A stretch of 64,000 nt of DNA from Candidatus Latescibacterota bacterium (GCA_965248435.1 OZ252100.1:1408001-1472000); one strand, 5' to 3'; numbered from the stretch's first letter, positions 19,969 to 33,534 are shown. The notes: a model not told the origin generated them from the sequence alone. Numbers and translations: made by a program.

Positions 19969-20646
19969 TTATCTAATATCCCCATATAATTTTGATAATT
20001 TCTCAGGAGATATATTAATAAAAAACAGGAATAGCAACATACAATCCAGTAAAAATTGTCTTGTTATCCCATATTTCATAAATCTCCTTGCAGATGTAAC
20101 AACCTTTGATTTTAACAAGATTATTCTTCCTTCCTCAGATAATCTTTTTGCAAAATCCATATCTTCCATCAACGACATTTCCCCATACCCCTTCAATTTT
20201 TTAAACATTTTTTTCGTTACAAACCATCCCATGTCCCCAAACGTAAAGGGCATAATCCCCAGATTGAGAAAAAGGCTTCCTAATTTCAGTCTTAAACTTT
20301 TACTATCAAATGAATGTCTAAACCTCCCTCCATCATATCCTTCCTTGACTACCTTCTCTACCTCCTTGATCGCACCTTCTGGCAATAAAGTATCTGCATG
20401 TAAGAATAATAAGATATTTCCCCTAGCCTTGCCTGCACCATAATTCATCTGCACCCCCCTCCCCTTTCTACTTCTAAACACTCTCCCATATTTTCCCGCA
20501 ATTTTTACAGTGTTATCTTTACTCCCACCATCTACAATAATGATTTCAAAATTTCCTATTTGTTTTTTTAGTCTCTCTAAATTTCTAGTTATGCAAACTT
20601 CCTCATTTAAGACCGGAATAACCACAGACACTTCTCCCCTAATCAT
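19969..20646 (-). CDS. GT2 glycosyltransferase (TIGR04283-like), AT-rich
   Basis: SVVIPVLNEE, VDGGSKD, GRGVQMNYGA, LFLHADT, FGD, MED, TSARRF. Confidence 0.92.
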   Translation of the reverse strand: MIRGEVSVVIPVLNEEVCITRNLERLKKQIGNFEIIIVDGGSKDNTVKIAGKYGRVFRSRKGRGVQMNYGAGKARGNILLFLHADTLLPEGAIKEVEKVVKEGYDGGRFRHSFDSKSLRLKLGSLFLNLGIMPFTFGDMGWFVTKKMFKKLKGYGEMSLMEDMDFAKRLSEEGRIILLKSKVVTSARRFMKYGITRQFLLDCMLLFLFFINISPEKLSKLYGDIR

Positions 20647-20952
20647 CCTTCTACTCCGTGTTAATCTCTGTAGTGCCAAGAAGCAATCTTCTCCGCGCTG
20701 ATTTGGTCCATCTTTTCTATGTGAAATTGCATCATCCTGTTTTCTGTTAATGAGCCTTGATGGCGTAGAAGGACGTAGAACACAACCAGGACGTCGACGG
20801 AGAATCTCCAACTGTTGAGCTTCCGTCCCATTCGCATTGTCGTTGGCGCCGTTACCGTTCGCGAGAAAGAATACTGCCGGAGGCAGGAAGAATCATATCG
20901 CTCTCGAACCCCCTTCTACTTGGTGGAAATTTGGCTCTCCATCGCTCCTCCC

Positions 20953-24165
<3,213 letters not shown>

Positions 24166-24230
24166 CTACAGAGCGCTGCGCATGCATGGCTGGATGACAG
24201 TGGTTATCTGTTTCACGGTCGACTCCTGAG

Positions 24231-25478
24231 TTAGTGGTCGTGCGTGGCACCGGATTTCCCGATGTCGGCCTTGATGATGAAACTGTTCTCCGTGGCGTAC
24301 CTCTGGCCATGAGCAAGTCCGGACACCACCTGGGCCCACTCCGCGTCTCGACGTCCCAGTTCCAGGATAGCGATCTCGAACAGATCGTCCGCTCGTGCGA
24401 AGACGACATCCCAGTCACGAAACACCTGAAGGCCTTCGGTCCGTACAGCAAGAGGAACGGTGGCTTCATCAACGATGATTTCGCCGACCACGAAGAGTCC
24501 GGGTCGCCACCGTCCGTCCGGGTTCGGTAGTTCGACGCGCGCAAGCATGGTCTGCGTATCCAGTGCGCCGAACGGAGAGATGTATCCGATCTTTCCTGGC
24601 GCCCCGATCGAGTCGTCCCCGTTGTAGACGACCACGGCCTGTCCGAGCTTGAGCCGGCCAAAATGTTTTCGGGGGATGTCCAGGTCGACCCACACCTGGC
24701 TGAGGTCCGCGACGGTATAGATCGTCTGACCCTCATCCACAAACTCCCCCGCCGTCACGTCCTTCCGGATGACGGTCCCGGCGATGGCAGACCTCACCTC
24801 GTACTTCAGAAGGCTCTCGTTGCTTTCCACGACAGCCATCACTTCGTTGTTGGCCACGTTTTCACCAAGTTTCTTCCGGACTTCCTTCACAACTCCGGGA
24901 AATCGAGGAGCGACCTTCTTGAGCCGATCCTCGTTCGGTGCGATGTGACCGAACACCCGGATGATTTCTCTGATTGTCGCCGGTCCGGCGAGCTCGATTT
25001 CGATGCCAGAGAGCTGGGCGACCTCGTCAGACATCTCCGTTCGCCCCTCGTATGAATCGTACTCCCAGCGATACACATTCCCCTGGTATTCGGCGGTTAA
25101 GATGACGTCGAAGGAATGCGGTTCCTCCACAATCTGGTCACCCAGCAGGTAGTCATCCTGCTTCGCGAACCGGATTACGTCCGTCCTCCCTGCAAACCGA
25201 TGGAGTTCGACTGTCAGATTCACGTGATCCGGATCGACCGGTTGACCGTCCTCGTAGAAGTAGACTCTGAACTGGGGAGGAATGCCTGCCTCATGAATCG
25301 TCACCTCGGTCTGTATTCCCCCATCCGTGAGCAGACGCCCTCGGTGGGGGCCCTTGGACACATCCCCTCCGACACTCTCTACGTGACCGGTGTCATTTCC
25401 CTGACAGGCAGCGAGACTCAGAGCGAGCACGATCAGGGATCTCTTCACGGTCTGTTTCAAGGTGATCATTCCTTTCAT
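24231..25478 (-). CDS. czcB: heavy-metal RND periplasmic adaptor subunit
   Basis: lipobox LAAC; GPHRGRLL, EPHSFDV, ADLSQVW, C-terminal KSGATHDH; lies between czcC and czcA. Confidence 0.92.
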   Translation of the reverse strand: MKGMITLKQTVKRSLIVLALSLAACQGNDTGHVESVGGDVSKGPHRGRLLTDGGIQTEVTIHEAGIPPQFRVYFYEDGQPVDPDHVNLTVELHRFAGRTDVIRFAKQDDYLLGDQIVEEPHSFDVILTAEYQGNVYRWEYDSYEGRTEMSDEVAQLSGIEIELAGPATIREIIRVFGHIAPNEDRLKKVAPRFPGVVKEVRKKLGENVANNEVMAVVESNESLLKYEVRSAIAGTVIRKDVTAGEFVDEGQTIYTVADLSQVWVDLDIPRKHFGRLKLGQAVVVYNGDDSIGAPGKIGYISPFGALDTQTMLARVELPNPDGRWRPGLFVVGEIIVDEATVPLAVRTEGLQVFRDWDVVFARADDLFEIAILELGRRDAEWAQVVSGLAHGQRYATENSFIIKADIGKSGATHDH

Positions 25479-26773
25479 TGGGGTTGAATGCCCTGGCCAG
25501 TGAGCCGCTCGATTTCCGTTGCCAGCAGGTGGTAGGTATGGGCGGCCGAGATCATCTGCTGCTTGATTTCAAGCACCGCCTTCTGCGCCTCGGCGATTTC
25601 CAGATATGTGAACCGTCCTGCCCGATATCCGGCTTCCCCGTGGGCCAGGGCTTCCTCCGCCAGTGGGAGGACCTCTCGACGGCTTGATTCCACTTCCATC
25701 ATCGCCCTCATCAGTCCTCGATGCATTTCGAACAACAATGACTTCAGTCGAGACTCCGCAGCAACGCGGTCGAGCTCCGTTCTCTCCAACATCGCAGTGG
25801 CCTCGCGGCGAGCGCCCTGATTCTTGTCAAACAGAGGTAGGGGCAGAGACAGCTCAGCCACGAGAGAGAAGGCATTCGAGCCTGCGGACCTTCGTATGCC
25901 GCCGCCAGCGGTCAGATCAGGCATCCCTCCGGCCTCTGCAAGCCGATGCTCCGCTTCTTTCAACCGCTTCTCGGAGATCCATCGCGTCATACTGGGGCTG
26001 TCGGAGAGACGTTTGACCAACGCCTCAAGAGGAATGGGCGCGGTAATGGCGAACAGATCTCCCTCCACGCTGCTGAAGTCGGCCGTCGTATTACCCCACA
26101 TCGCTGACAGCCTGCGGCGAGCCACTTCCAGCAACCCGGAAGCGCGCTGCTCTGCCACACGCCTCTGAGCCGCCGCGACCGCTGCCCGCTTCTCCTCGAG
26201 CTGCGTACCACTGCCAACTCTTACCCGTTCAGTCGCGCTCCTCATTACGGCCTCGGATGCCTTCTTCGCCTGGGTCGCGAGGACAAGCGTGCTTTGCGTG
26301 CTCAGCACATCGATAAACCTTGCGGTCGTCTCGGCCAGAATCTCCACGCGCTTCAACTCATAATCCTTTTCTGTGAGCTCGAGCTCTGAAGCCGCGACAC
26401 CACGACGGGCAGCTCGTTTGCCCCCCAACTCGATGACCTGGCTCATCCGGACCGTCGATTGCAGCTGGCGAATGCCACCAGATGGACTCGTACCGGCGAA
26501 ATCCTCGAACTCGACACCCAGTTCAGGATTAGCGCGGAGACTGGCCTGCAGCATACGTGCCTCAGAGACACGGAACTGCGCCGGATAGGTCGCCAGCTCG
26601 GGGTTTTTCCCCAACGCCCTCGCCAGCGCTTCTTGCAGCGCAAGAGCGCTGAGACGCGACTCCGAAGTCGCGACTCCCGCGGCCTCCTCCTTCATCAACA
26701 CCTGGGGAGACGCCGCCTCCACCAAACACATGGTGAGGATCAGAGCGGCAATCAGATTTGATGCGGTGTACAT
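25475..26773 (-). CDS. czcC: TolC/CzcC outer-membrane channel
   Basis: NPEL, ELGGKR, PLPLFDKNQG, GYRAGRFTYLE. Confidence 0.9.
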   Translation of the reverse strand: MYTASNLIAALILTMCLVEAASPQVLMKEEAAGVATSESRLSALALQEALARALGKNPELATYPAQFRVSEARMLQASLRANPELGVEFEDFAGTSPSGGIRQLQSTVRMSQVIELGGKRAARRGVAASELELTEKDYELKRVEILAETTARFIDVLSTQSTLVLATQAKKASEAVMRSATERVRVGSGTQLEEKRAAVAAAQRRVAEQRASGLLEVARRRLSAMWGNTTADFSSVEGDLFAITAPIPLEALVKRLSDSPSMTRWISEKRLKEAEHRLAEAGGMPDLTAGGGIRRSAGSNAFSLVAELSLPLPLFDKNQGARREATAMLERTELDRVAAESRLKSLLFEMHRGLMRAMMEVESSRREVLPLAEEALAHGEAGYRAGRFTYLEIAEAQKAVLEIKQQMISAAHTYHLLATEIERLTGQGIQPQ

Positions 26774-26856
26774 AGAACGCCTCCTGACACACGGAAACCA
26801 AGCAGCCCGCGAAAATGCGCGCTGCGAACAGTCAATGCCGTGAGAATCAGGAGGTG

Positions 26857-27246
26857 TCAGATGATGAGAACGACGTTTTGAGCCAGTTGGCTCGGAGGGA
26901 GGATTGTAGCAGGAACCCATAGACGCCGTGGCGGGACAGGAGCGAAGGCCGAAGGGGCGTCAGAGACCTTCGGCACAAGGATGTTTCCATCGACTATCGG
27001 TGCTCGATCGATGGCTATTTCGTAATCCAGACATGGACCACAGTGGGAGGCGCTCGTTGTGTGTAGTAACGGTCGGGCAGTTTCATCCTCTGCGCAGTAA
27101 CCCTGCCAGACACCGACCTCGATAGCGACGTGGCCATCCAAACCCATACAGAGTACGCGACCGCCGATTGAGAGGAAGCTTGTGACCAGGATTGTAACGG
27201 TCAGCAGGAGACCCATGCATCTGTTATTCGATACGTTCATGACCAC
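26857..27246 (-). CDS. small Cys/His-containing protein preceding czcCBA
   Basis: hydrophobic N-terminus, LC.G.DGHVAIE and HCGPCLD motifs; typical position upstream of metal RND operons. Confidence 0.6.
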   Translation of the reverse strand: MVMNVSNNRCMGLLLTVTILVTSFLSIGGRVLCMGLDGHVAIEVGVWQGYCAEDETARPLLHTTSASHCGPCLDYEIAIDRAPIVDGNILVPKVSDAPSAFAPVPPRRLWVPATILPPSQLAQNVVLII

Positions 27247-27553
27247 ACAATTAACCTGAATACTTGCTCAAATCTTGATAGAGGCTTCCCGTTCTTTGGG
27301 TTCGCATTGGGACCAAGATAGAGAAACTGCACCGGGCCCGCAAGGATGTAAAGCTGGATACGGGAAACGGACCAATACACCCACGGACGATATCATCCAA
27401 TTTATCGACGTCCGTGCATGACTTTAGTTTCGCCTTTCACTCGGATGCAGGGCTATTCTCGGCAAACACGCCAAAGTGTCTGCTGGCCGGTCGAGCACCA
27501 CGCGACACGTCTCTACTCGGACATTTGTCCCCGTCGGCAAGTTGGCCAATGTC

Positions 27554-27670
27554 GCCTAACGGTGGGTGTCTGTGAACCCCGGCGTCGGTGGGGTTGGGTG
27601 AATCGGTGGAGCCGGGGTTCCCGTCAGGCCGAAGGAGAGCAGTGACTGAAGCACAGACACATTGTTACCT
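27554..27670 (-). repeat. attC-like site of the sensor-kinase cassette
   Basis: gcctaac..gtgtctgtg-aaccccggc..gccggggtt..cacagacac-att-gttacct; gttacctgcctgtggcag matches the cassette start at 31410. Confidence 0.75.
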
Positions 27671-27754
27671 GCCTGTGGCAGTTTGGGATCAGCTAAAGGA
27701 ATATCGGGGACGACATCGCCCTCTTTGTTTTTTCTCTTTTTGTTTTGCCTTCTT

Positions 27755-27810
27755 TTTAACGCTAACCGGCCTCGCCGCAGGCGGGGTCCGTGTTGAGCGG
27801 CTTGTTATCC
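27755..27810 (-). repeat. degenerate canonical-type attC relic
   Basis: minus strand ggataac-aagcc-gctcaac...gttagc, with no correctly spaced R' GTT. Confidence 0.5.
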
Positions 27811-27855
27811 AATTTTTTGAACACTTTTCGGATAATCCATTCGGCTACGGAATCT

Positions 27856-30800
27856 CTAGCTTTGATTGAATGGTAGAGTAATCGAAAATTCCGCGCCTTG
27901 ACCTACTTCACTTTCTACTGTCAGTTCACCTTTATGGTTTTGAATTATATTGTAAGCATTGATCAAACCCATGGCCATCCCGACTCTGGTGTCCTTTGTT
28001 GTAAAACCTAATTCGAAAAGCGTCTTTATTTTTTCTGCGGGCATGCCTTTTCCCGTATCTGAGATTTTAACATACACATTATTCTCATCTGAAGATGTAT
28101 TGATGGTGATGGTACCTTTCCCTTCAATCGCTTGCGCCGCATTCCGCAATAGAGTCATGAAAACTTGATTGAGCTCGGCTGGATAACATCGAATCTCTGG
28201 AATATCACCATAGATCTTTTCAACGTGCACTCGGTCTTTCATTTCGTGTTGGATTAACGTCAAGGCGCTATCCAACCCTTCGTGAATGTTTGCACTTTCG
28301 AATTCGGCTTCATCCAATCTGGTAAAATTTCGCAAGCTAGTTATAACCTTCATAATTCTTTCACCGGCAGATGATGCGACCTTACGATTATCTTCGAGAA
28401 TTTGAAGAGACTTCTGATAGGCACTATTATCCTTGAGTTCAGCAAGGGTGTTACTATTTTCCAAAATTTGATTTATTTTTGTGCCACATCGACTCATGGT
28501 GTCCACTGTACTTTTGAGCGCACCAACCGGCGTATTAATTTCATGAACAATGCCTGCGGTAAGTTTTCCCAACGCCGCCATCTTTTCTGATTGCACCAAC
28601 TGCACCTGCGTATCTCGTATCTCTTTGGTTTTTTCTGCTACCTGAATTTCAAGGTTTTTCCTTTGGGTCTCAATATTCCTTATCCTTCTTCTGTACCAGC
28701 CAAACGCCAATGCCAAAACAGATGCACCTGCAACAATCCTGAACCACCAGGTTTGCCAGGGAGGTCGGTCTACGACGACCCCCAGCTCGGCGATGTGGCC
28801 ACCCCATACCCCGTCCTTGTCGGCCGCAACGACCTCGAGCGTATAGCTTCCTCCCTGCAGGGCGGCGTAGCGACCACGACGTGTGGTGCCTGCGTCGTAC
28901 CAGTCCTCGTCCACGCCTTCGAGCCGATAGCGGTACTGAATGTCACCGACGCTCCGGTAGTCCAGCCCGGCGAACTCGAACTCGAAAAGGTTGTTTCGCC
29001 AATCGAGATGGATCGATCGGATTTTCTCAGGCGCAGCGCCCAGATTGAGCGGCTTGCCGCGTTGCGTGAGCGAGGTAATGTAGACCGGGATGGAAGTGGA
29101 GGTGGTCTCATCCGTGATCGCCTCGGGGTGAAAGCGGATGATGGTGTTGTCTTCATAGAACCAGAGCTCACCGTCCTCGGTGACCAGCGGCCGAAAAGCC
29201 CCGATGTGAAAGTCCAATCTGTAGAGCTGAGCATCGCCGGTCTTGGGATCGAAGCGGACGATTCCCCCGTCACCGCCTATCCATAGCTGGCCTCTCGGAT
29301 ACTCCGTGATCTGCCCGGCCGAGCCCATCGGAAACGTGCCATCGCGCTCGGAGAAGCGGCGAAACGTCCCGGTGTTGGGATCGAAACGGTTCAGCCCGGC
29401 TTCACTGCCGATCCAATAGGTACCCGAGGAATCCTTGAAGAATTGGTACAGGGTGTTGCTGGCGAGCGTGGTCGGATCGTCCGGGTTGTGCTTGTACTTG
29501 GCCACAACCTTCCCGGTACGCGGGTCAAATCGGTCGAGTCCGCCTCCCAGCGACGTAACCCAGATGAAGCCCTCATCGTCCTGGTAGATGGAGAGGGCGA
29601 CGCCAACGCTGAAGCTCGTCTCGGATGAAGGATCCGGTTCGAAGTAGGTCGTTTCCCCCGTGGGCTTGTGAAACTTCAGCAGCCCCAAGCCGGCGGTGCC
29701 AAACCAGAGGATATCCGGATCGCCGCGGTCCTCGATGGGGCTGTGTGGCCAGGCCTTGGCAGGATAGGTCTTTTTTGCTTTACCCGTCTCCCGGTCGACG
29801 AGGACGATCCAATTCATCGACGTCATCCATAGGTTTCCCTGCGTATCCTCGATGAGCGCGTGCCCGTACGATTCCGGCAGGCTCTCGGGGTCGTCCGGAA
29901 CGTGGCGGTAGTGCGTAAACGCGCCGGTCTTGCGGTCGTAGCGGTCCAGCCCCGCCCCCCCTACGGCAATCCACACCACGCCGGTGCGGTCCTCGATGAT
30001 CTGGCCGATATACGATCCTTTGCTCACACTGTTATGTACGCCCGGCACGTGTCGCACCGTCTGGAACCTCTGCCCCTTCGGGTCGTATCGATTGATCTCG
30101 CCGCCCAGGGTGACAATCCATACTGCGCCCGAGTTGTCCATGACGATGTCCAGGAGGATGTTGCTGCCGATGCCATCGGGATCGTTGGCCTCGGAGTTGT
30201 ACTGGTGGTGCGAAAACGTCTCGTTGTCGGGGTCGAATATGTTGAGTCCGCCCCCAAACGTCGTGATCCACAACTTGCCGTCCGGGAACTCGATCATCGA
30301 ATAGACAGAATTGCTACTCAGACCGGATGCACGATTGGAGTCGGCGACATAGTGGGTCACGGTCCGAGTGACAGGGTCGAGCCTCTGCAGCCCGGCGTCA
30401 GTTCCCACCCAGATCGTTCCGTCGCTACCTTCCATGATGACGTTGATGTGGCTGCCATGCAGGCTCATCGGATCGTCACTCCGGATCGGGTATCGCTCGA
30501 CAACGATCCCGTTGGTGGGATCGAACTTATGCAGACCGTGGACCGTGCCGACCCACAGGAAGCCATGTCGGTCCTGGATTATCGCGCTTACGAAGTTATG
30601 GATGAGCTTTGCGGAGTCGGTCGGGTCGCTGCCGTAACGGGTGAAGCGCTTCTCACTCTTATCGTACCGGTTCAACCCGTCTCCAGTCCCGACCCATATC
30701 GCTCCATCGCGATCCTCGACGATCGTCTGGAACATCAAGATGTTGTCGTTGCTAATGCTTTCGGGCTGCCCGGGATCGTGCTTGTATTGAGTGAACCTGT

Positions 30801-31164
30801 CGGTCGCCTTGTCGTAAGAGCAGAGCCCGCTTGTCGTGCCGATCCAAAGGATACCCTCGCTGTCCTCGTAGAGGGCGTTCACGAAGTTTCCGGTGATGGA
30901 GTGCTCGCCAGCGGAGTAACGGTGGAAATCGTAGCCGTTGTACTTGACCAGTCCACTTTGCGTGGCCAACCACCAAAAGCCGTCCCGATCTTGAAGGATT
31001 GCGAATAAATCGAACCCTGTCGCGATCTTCTCGAAGCGCGGGGACTGCGCCCGGGCGTTGGACAGCTCCGCATGCGCTTCAGGTGTTTTAACTTCTTGTG
31101 ATTGTCCGAACCCTGTCGCCAGGCCGATTAGAATAAAGCCTATAAAGATGACCTGTTTTGTCAT
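27856..31164 (-). CDS. sensor histidine kinase with periplasmic two-component-regulator beta-propellers, Y_Y_Y domain, TM, HisKA and HATPase
   Basis: many D..G.lWiGT repeats; YRYRLEG; PPWQTWW; EKMAALGKLTAGIVHEINTP; DTGKG, GMGL-like, GAEF. Confidence 0.93.
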   Translation of the reverse strand: MTKQVIFIGFILIGLATGFGQSQEVKTPEAHAELSNARAQSPRFEKIATGFDLFAILQDRDGFWWLATQSGLVKYNGYDFHRYSAGEHSITGNFVNALYEDSEGILWIGTTSGLCSYDKATDRFTQYKHDPGQPESISNDNILMFQTIVEDRDGAIWVGTGDGLNRYDKSEKRFTRYGSDPTDSAKLIHNFVSAIIQDRHGFLWVGTVHGLHKFDPTNGIVVERYPIRSDDPMSLHGSHINVIMEGSDGTIWVGTDAGLQRLDPVTRTVTHYVADSNRASGLSSNSVYSMIEFPDGKLWITTFGGGLNIFDPDNETFSHHQYNSEANDPDGIGSNILLDIVMDNSGAVWIVTLGGEINRYDPKGQRFQTVRHVPGVHNSVSKGSYIGQIIEDRTGVVWIAVGGAGLDRYDRKTGAFTHYRHVPDDPESLPESYGHALIEDTQGNLWMTSMNWIVLVDRETGKAKKTYPAKAWPHSPIEDRGDPDILWFGTAGLGLLKFHKPTGETTYFEPDPSSETSFSVGVALSIYQDDEGFIWVTSLGGGLDRFDPRTGKVVAKYKHNPDDPTTLASNTLYQFFKDSSGTYWIGSEAGLNRFDPNTGTFRRFSERDGTFPMGSAGQITEYPRGQLWIGGDGGIVRFDPKTGDAQLYRLDFHIGAFRPLVTEDGELWFYEDNTIIRFHPEAITDETTSTSIPVYITSLTQRGKPLNLGAAPEKIRSIHLDWRNNLFEFEFAGLDYRSVGDIQYRYRLEGVDEDWYDAGTTRRGRYAALQGGSYTLEVVAADKDGVWGGHIAELGVVVDRPPWQTWWFRIVAGASVLALAFGWYRRRIRNIETQRKNLEIQVAEKTKEIRDTQVQLVQSEKMAALGKLTAGIVHEINTPVGALKSTVDTMSRCGTKINQILENSNTLAELKDNSAYQKSLQILEDNRKVASSAGERIMKVITSLRNFTRLDEAEFESANIHEGLDSALTLIQHEMKDRVHVEKIYGDIPEIRCYPAELNQVFMTLLRNAAQAIEGKGTITINTSSDENNVYVKISDTGKGMPAEKIKTLFELGFTTKDTRVGMAMGLINAYNIIQNHKGELTVESEVGQGAEFSITLPFNQS

Positions 31165-31403
31165 AGCCTATTTTTCCTTCTTTTTATTTTGGTCAGCGGG
31201 CAAGTAAACACTGAAGGTCGTCTTACCGGGTTGACTTTCTACTTTAATTTAACTTGTGATTCTGTGGTAAAAATTCGGCATATCTCAGTCGTGGCCGAAA
31301 AAATCCGGCATAGTCCATTCGTCGTAAAAAAAATCCAAAATGGGGTAGGGGGTGCCTTTGTCCCCCTTATGCTTTTCAGATCAGCCCCAAAAACTGCCAT
31401 GGC

Positions 31404-31489
31404 AGGTAACGTTCTCGGCACCCACGAACCCGCCGCAGGCAGGTTGGGCGGAGGCCGGATGGCCGGAGCCGCGCACGGTCGTGTTAGGC
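31404..31489 (-). repeat. attC-like site
   Basis: taacgttctc..aacccgcc/ggcaggtt..ggccggatggcc..gtcgtgttaggc. Confidence 0.8.
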
Positions 31490-31519
31490 GTAGCCACTCC
31501 GGCCACATTACCAAGAGGA

Positions 31520-32302
31520 TCAGAACATCACATCCAGAAGAAGGAAATACTCAATTTTGTCCCAATCCAGTTTCTCTTCAAGACGCTCCAGAAGAAGACC
31601 TACGTGCTGCTCTCCGAGGTCCTCTTTGACGCTCCTTATGCACATGGCAATGTCAAACCATTTGTCTCCGACACCTCCACGGCCCCAGTCGATGATCCCA
31701 GAAATGCGCTGACCATCGACGAAGAAGTTCCCGTCACTCATGTCACCGTGCGAGAACGCGGGCTCCTGGTCTGGAATATTGTCCTTTAGATGCTTGACCA
31801 GCGCTGAGGGCGATGGGAAACCTGTATTCTCGGAGCAAAAGTCTTCTTCGGCGGCGAGTCCACTCTCCAGGAGGTACTCCAATTCCGTCAGTCTGCCTTC
31901 AACGGGAATGGGGATTGGACATTCGACATGATCAATTGATTGAATGAGCCTTAAAGCCTCGATATAAGTATCTATTACTTCTGGAGGATCAAAGTCCTTT
32001 CTCTCGTACAGCAATACGCCATCTACTTCCGACATGAGCAGATACTCACGGTCGTCATCAGAAACGAAATGCATAACCCGGGGAACGGCAAGCTTACCAT
32101 CGAGCCATCGTAGGACATACTTCTCTCGTCCGACTCCGTACGTCGTGTTCTCATACCGCTTGTCGCTCACCTTCAAGAACAAGACATCCTTGTCTCTGGA
32201 GAGCCTATACACATCGCAGGGTGACATACTACCCACTTGCGATGAAAGCGAATAGTCAGAAACGATCGCTTGGAGACTGTCAGGTAGTGAGTGTAGTTCC
32301 AT
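31520..32302 (-). CDS. APH(3')-like aminoglycoside phosphotransferase (cassette)
   Basis: MSPCDVYRL, TTYGVGREK, FSHGDMSDGN, IDWGRGG..DKWFDIA, DWDKIEYFLLLD closely parallel APH(3')-III. Confidence 0.88.
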   Translation of the reverse strand: MELHSLPDSLQAIVSDYSLSSQVGSMSPCDVYRLSRDKDVLFLKVSDKRYENTTYGVGREKYVLRWLDGKLAVPRVMHFVSDDDREYLLMSEVDGVLLYERKDFDPPEVIDTYIEALRLIQSIDHVECPIPIPVEGRLTELEYLLESGLAAEEDFCSENTGFPSPSALVKHLKDNIPDQEPAFSHGDMSDGNFFVDGQRISGIIDWGRGGVGDKWFDIAMCIRSVKEDLGEQHVGLLLERLEEKLDWDKIEYFLLLDVMF

Positions 32303-32332
32303 TCGTCAAATGGTTTCCGCCGGAGGGGTTTC

Positions 32333-32474
32333 GCCCAACGGTCTCGCGGGCTGCGAACCTGCCGAGCGGGCGCGGCGGTTGCAAACCGGGCTTCTCATCA
32401 GCAAGCGCCGTGACCGCGAAAGGCAGGTTGGGCGAAGTGGCGTATGCCACGAGCCGCAGCCGGTCGTGTTATAA
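32333..32474 (-). repeat. attC-like site (long form)
   Basis: gcccaac..ggctgcg aacctgcc..ggcaggtt..gtggcgtatgccac..cgcagcc..gttataa. Confidence 0.85.
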
Positions 32475-32520
32475 GCCGTGCCGCTCCCACATCGCTTGAA
32501 GACGACACCATCGGGTGGCT

Positions 32521-33534
32521 TCAATTGAGGGTTTCGAGGTGGTTCTTGAGGGCTTGCAGATGGAGAATGATCCATTTTCGAGGGCCATCCCAGATCTGGC
32601 TCTTTGCTTGTCCCTCTGCGTCCAAAGCACGTGGAACCCAGACCGTGGTAACTCGTAATCTCTGAATCGCTACCAAGGCCCTGCACTTTTTCACCTCTGG
32701 CCAGAAGGCCTGCCACTTGATGTCGGATGATGTCTCGGAGTTGTAGGTGTCAAGATACTGTCTAGCGACCTGTTCGACAGGAATCTCGTAAGGTTCGCCG
32801 TGGTCAATGATCAAGGCTATCAAATCCATGAACCGGGGTCCAATGGCGCCACCAGCGATGTCAAAGAAAAGTACTTCCCCGTCCGCGCAGCGCTGTCCTG
32901 TATGAGGGCTGTAAGGTTCGCCGTGGTTGAACGACTGCGGGAGTTGATCTGCTTCCTCAAGCAACGAAGACACTCGTTGCTGACTCATTTGGAGAACAGG
33001 ACGCAACTCATACTCAGAAATGGCTTTCTGGAGAAGATCATCGTCGATCTGGAGAGCTCCCTCAACATCTAATAGATACTGATCGAGATTGGCCGACCAT
33101 TCTATCAATCTGAGAGGTGCACCGTCCGGCAGTGGCAGGGCAGCCAACTTGGCGGTGGAGTCAGCCCATTTCAGATGATAATCGGGTGGGATTGGCCAAT
33201 CGATGGAGATTGGAAGGTACTCCAAGATAAGCGTACAGTCACCATTGGGGTGGTCACGGTATCCAAACATGACTGCGACAGGAGCACTCAAGCGGTTCAG
33301 GAGAGTATATATCTCCGTTTCTCGTGAAAAATTCGCGGTTACCCTCTTGAGTATGACCCTGTGTTCTCCCGAGTTGTTAACTCGAAGATAAACCAGTGCC
33401 TTCTCCCCATTCCATCCACCAAGGTCCTCAGTTTCCTTCTCAACGAGGAGTTGGTCAATAGTGATGGAGCGGTCAAGATGCTCGGAAAGGATCTTCTGAA
33501 GGTCCGCTTCCGTCACACCGAGTACCGATTTCAT
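32521..33534 (-). CDS. APH/choline-kinase-like phosphotransferase family protein (cassette)
   Basis: ILKR..RE, LILEYL, PQSFNHGE, FFD...GPRFMDL; catalytic loop atypical (HGE..S.H). Confidence 0.7.
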   Translation of the reverse strand: MKSVLGVTEADLQKILSEHLDRSITIDQLLVEKETEDLGGWNGEKALVYLRVNNSGEHRVILKRVTANFSRETEIYTLLNRLSAPVAVMFGYRDHPNGDCTLILEYLPISIDWPIPPDYHLKWADSTAKLAALPLPDGAPLRLIEWSANLDQYLLDVEGALQIDDDLLQKAISEYELRPVLQMSQQRVSSLLEEADQLPQSFNHGEPYSPHTGQRCADGEVLFFDIAGGAIGPRFMDLIALIIDHGEPYEIPVEQVARQYLDTYNSETSSDIKWQAFWPEVKKCRALVAIQRLRVTTVWVPRALDAEGQAKSQIWDGPRKWIILHLQALKNHLETLN

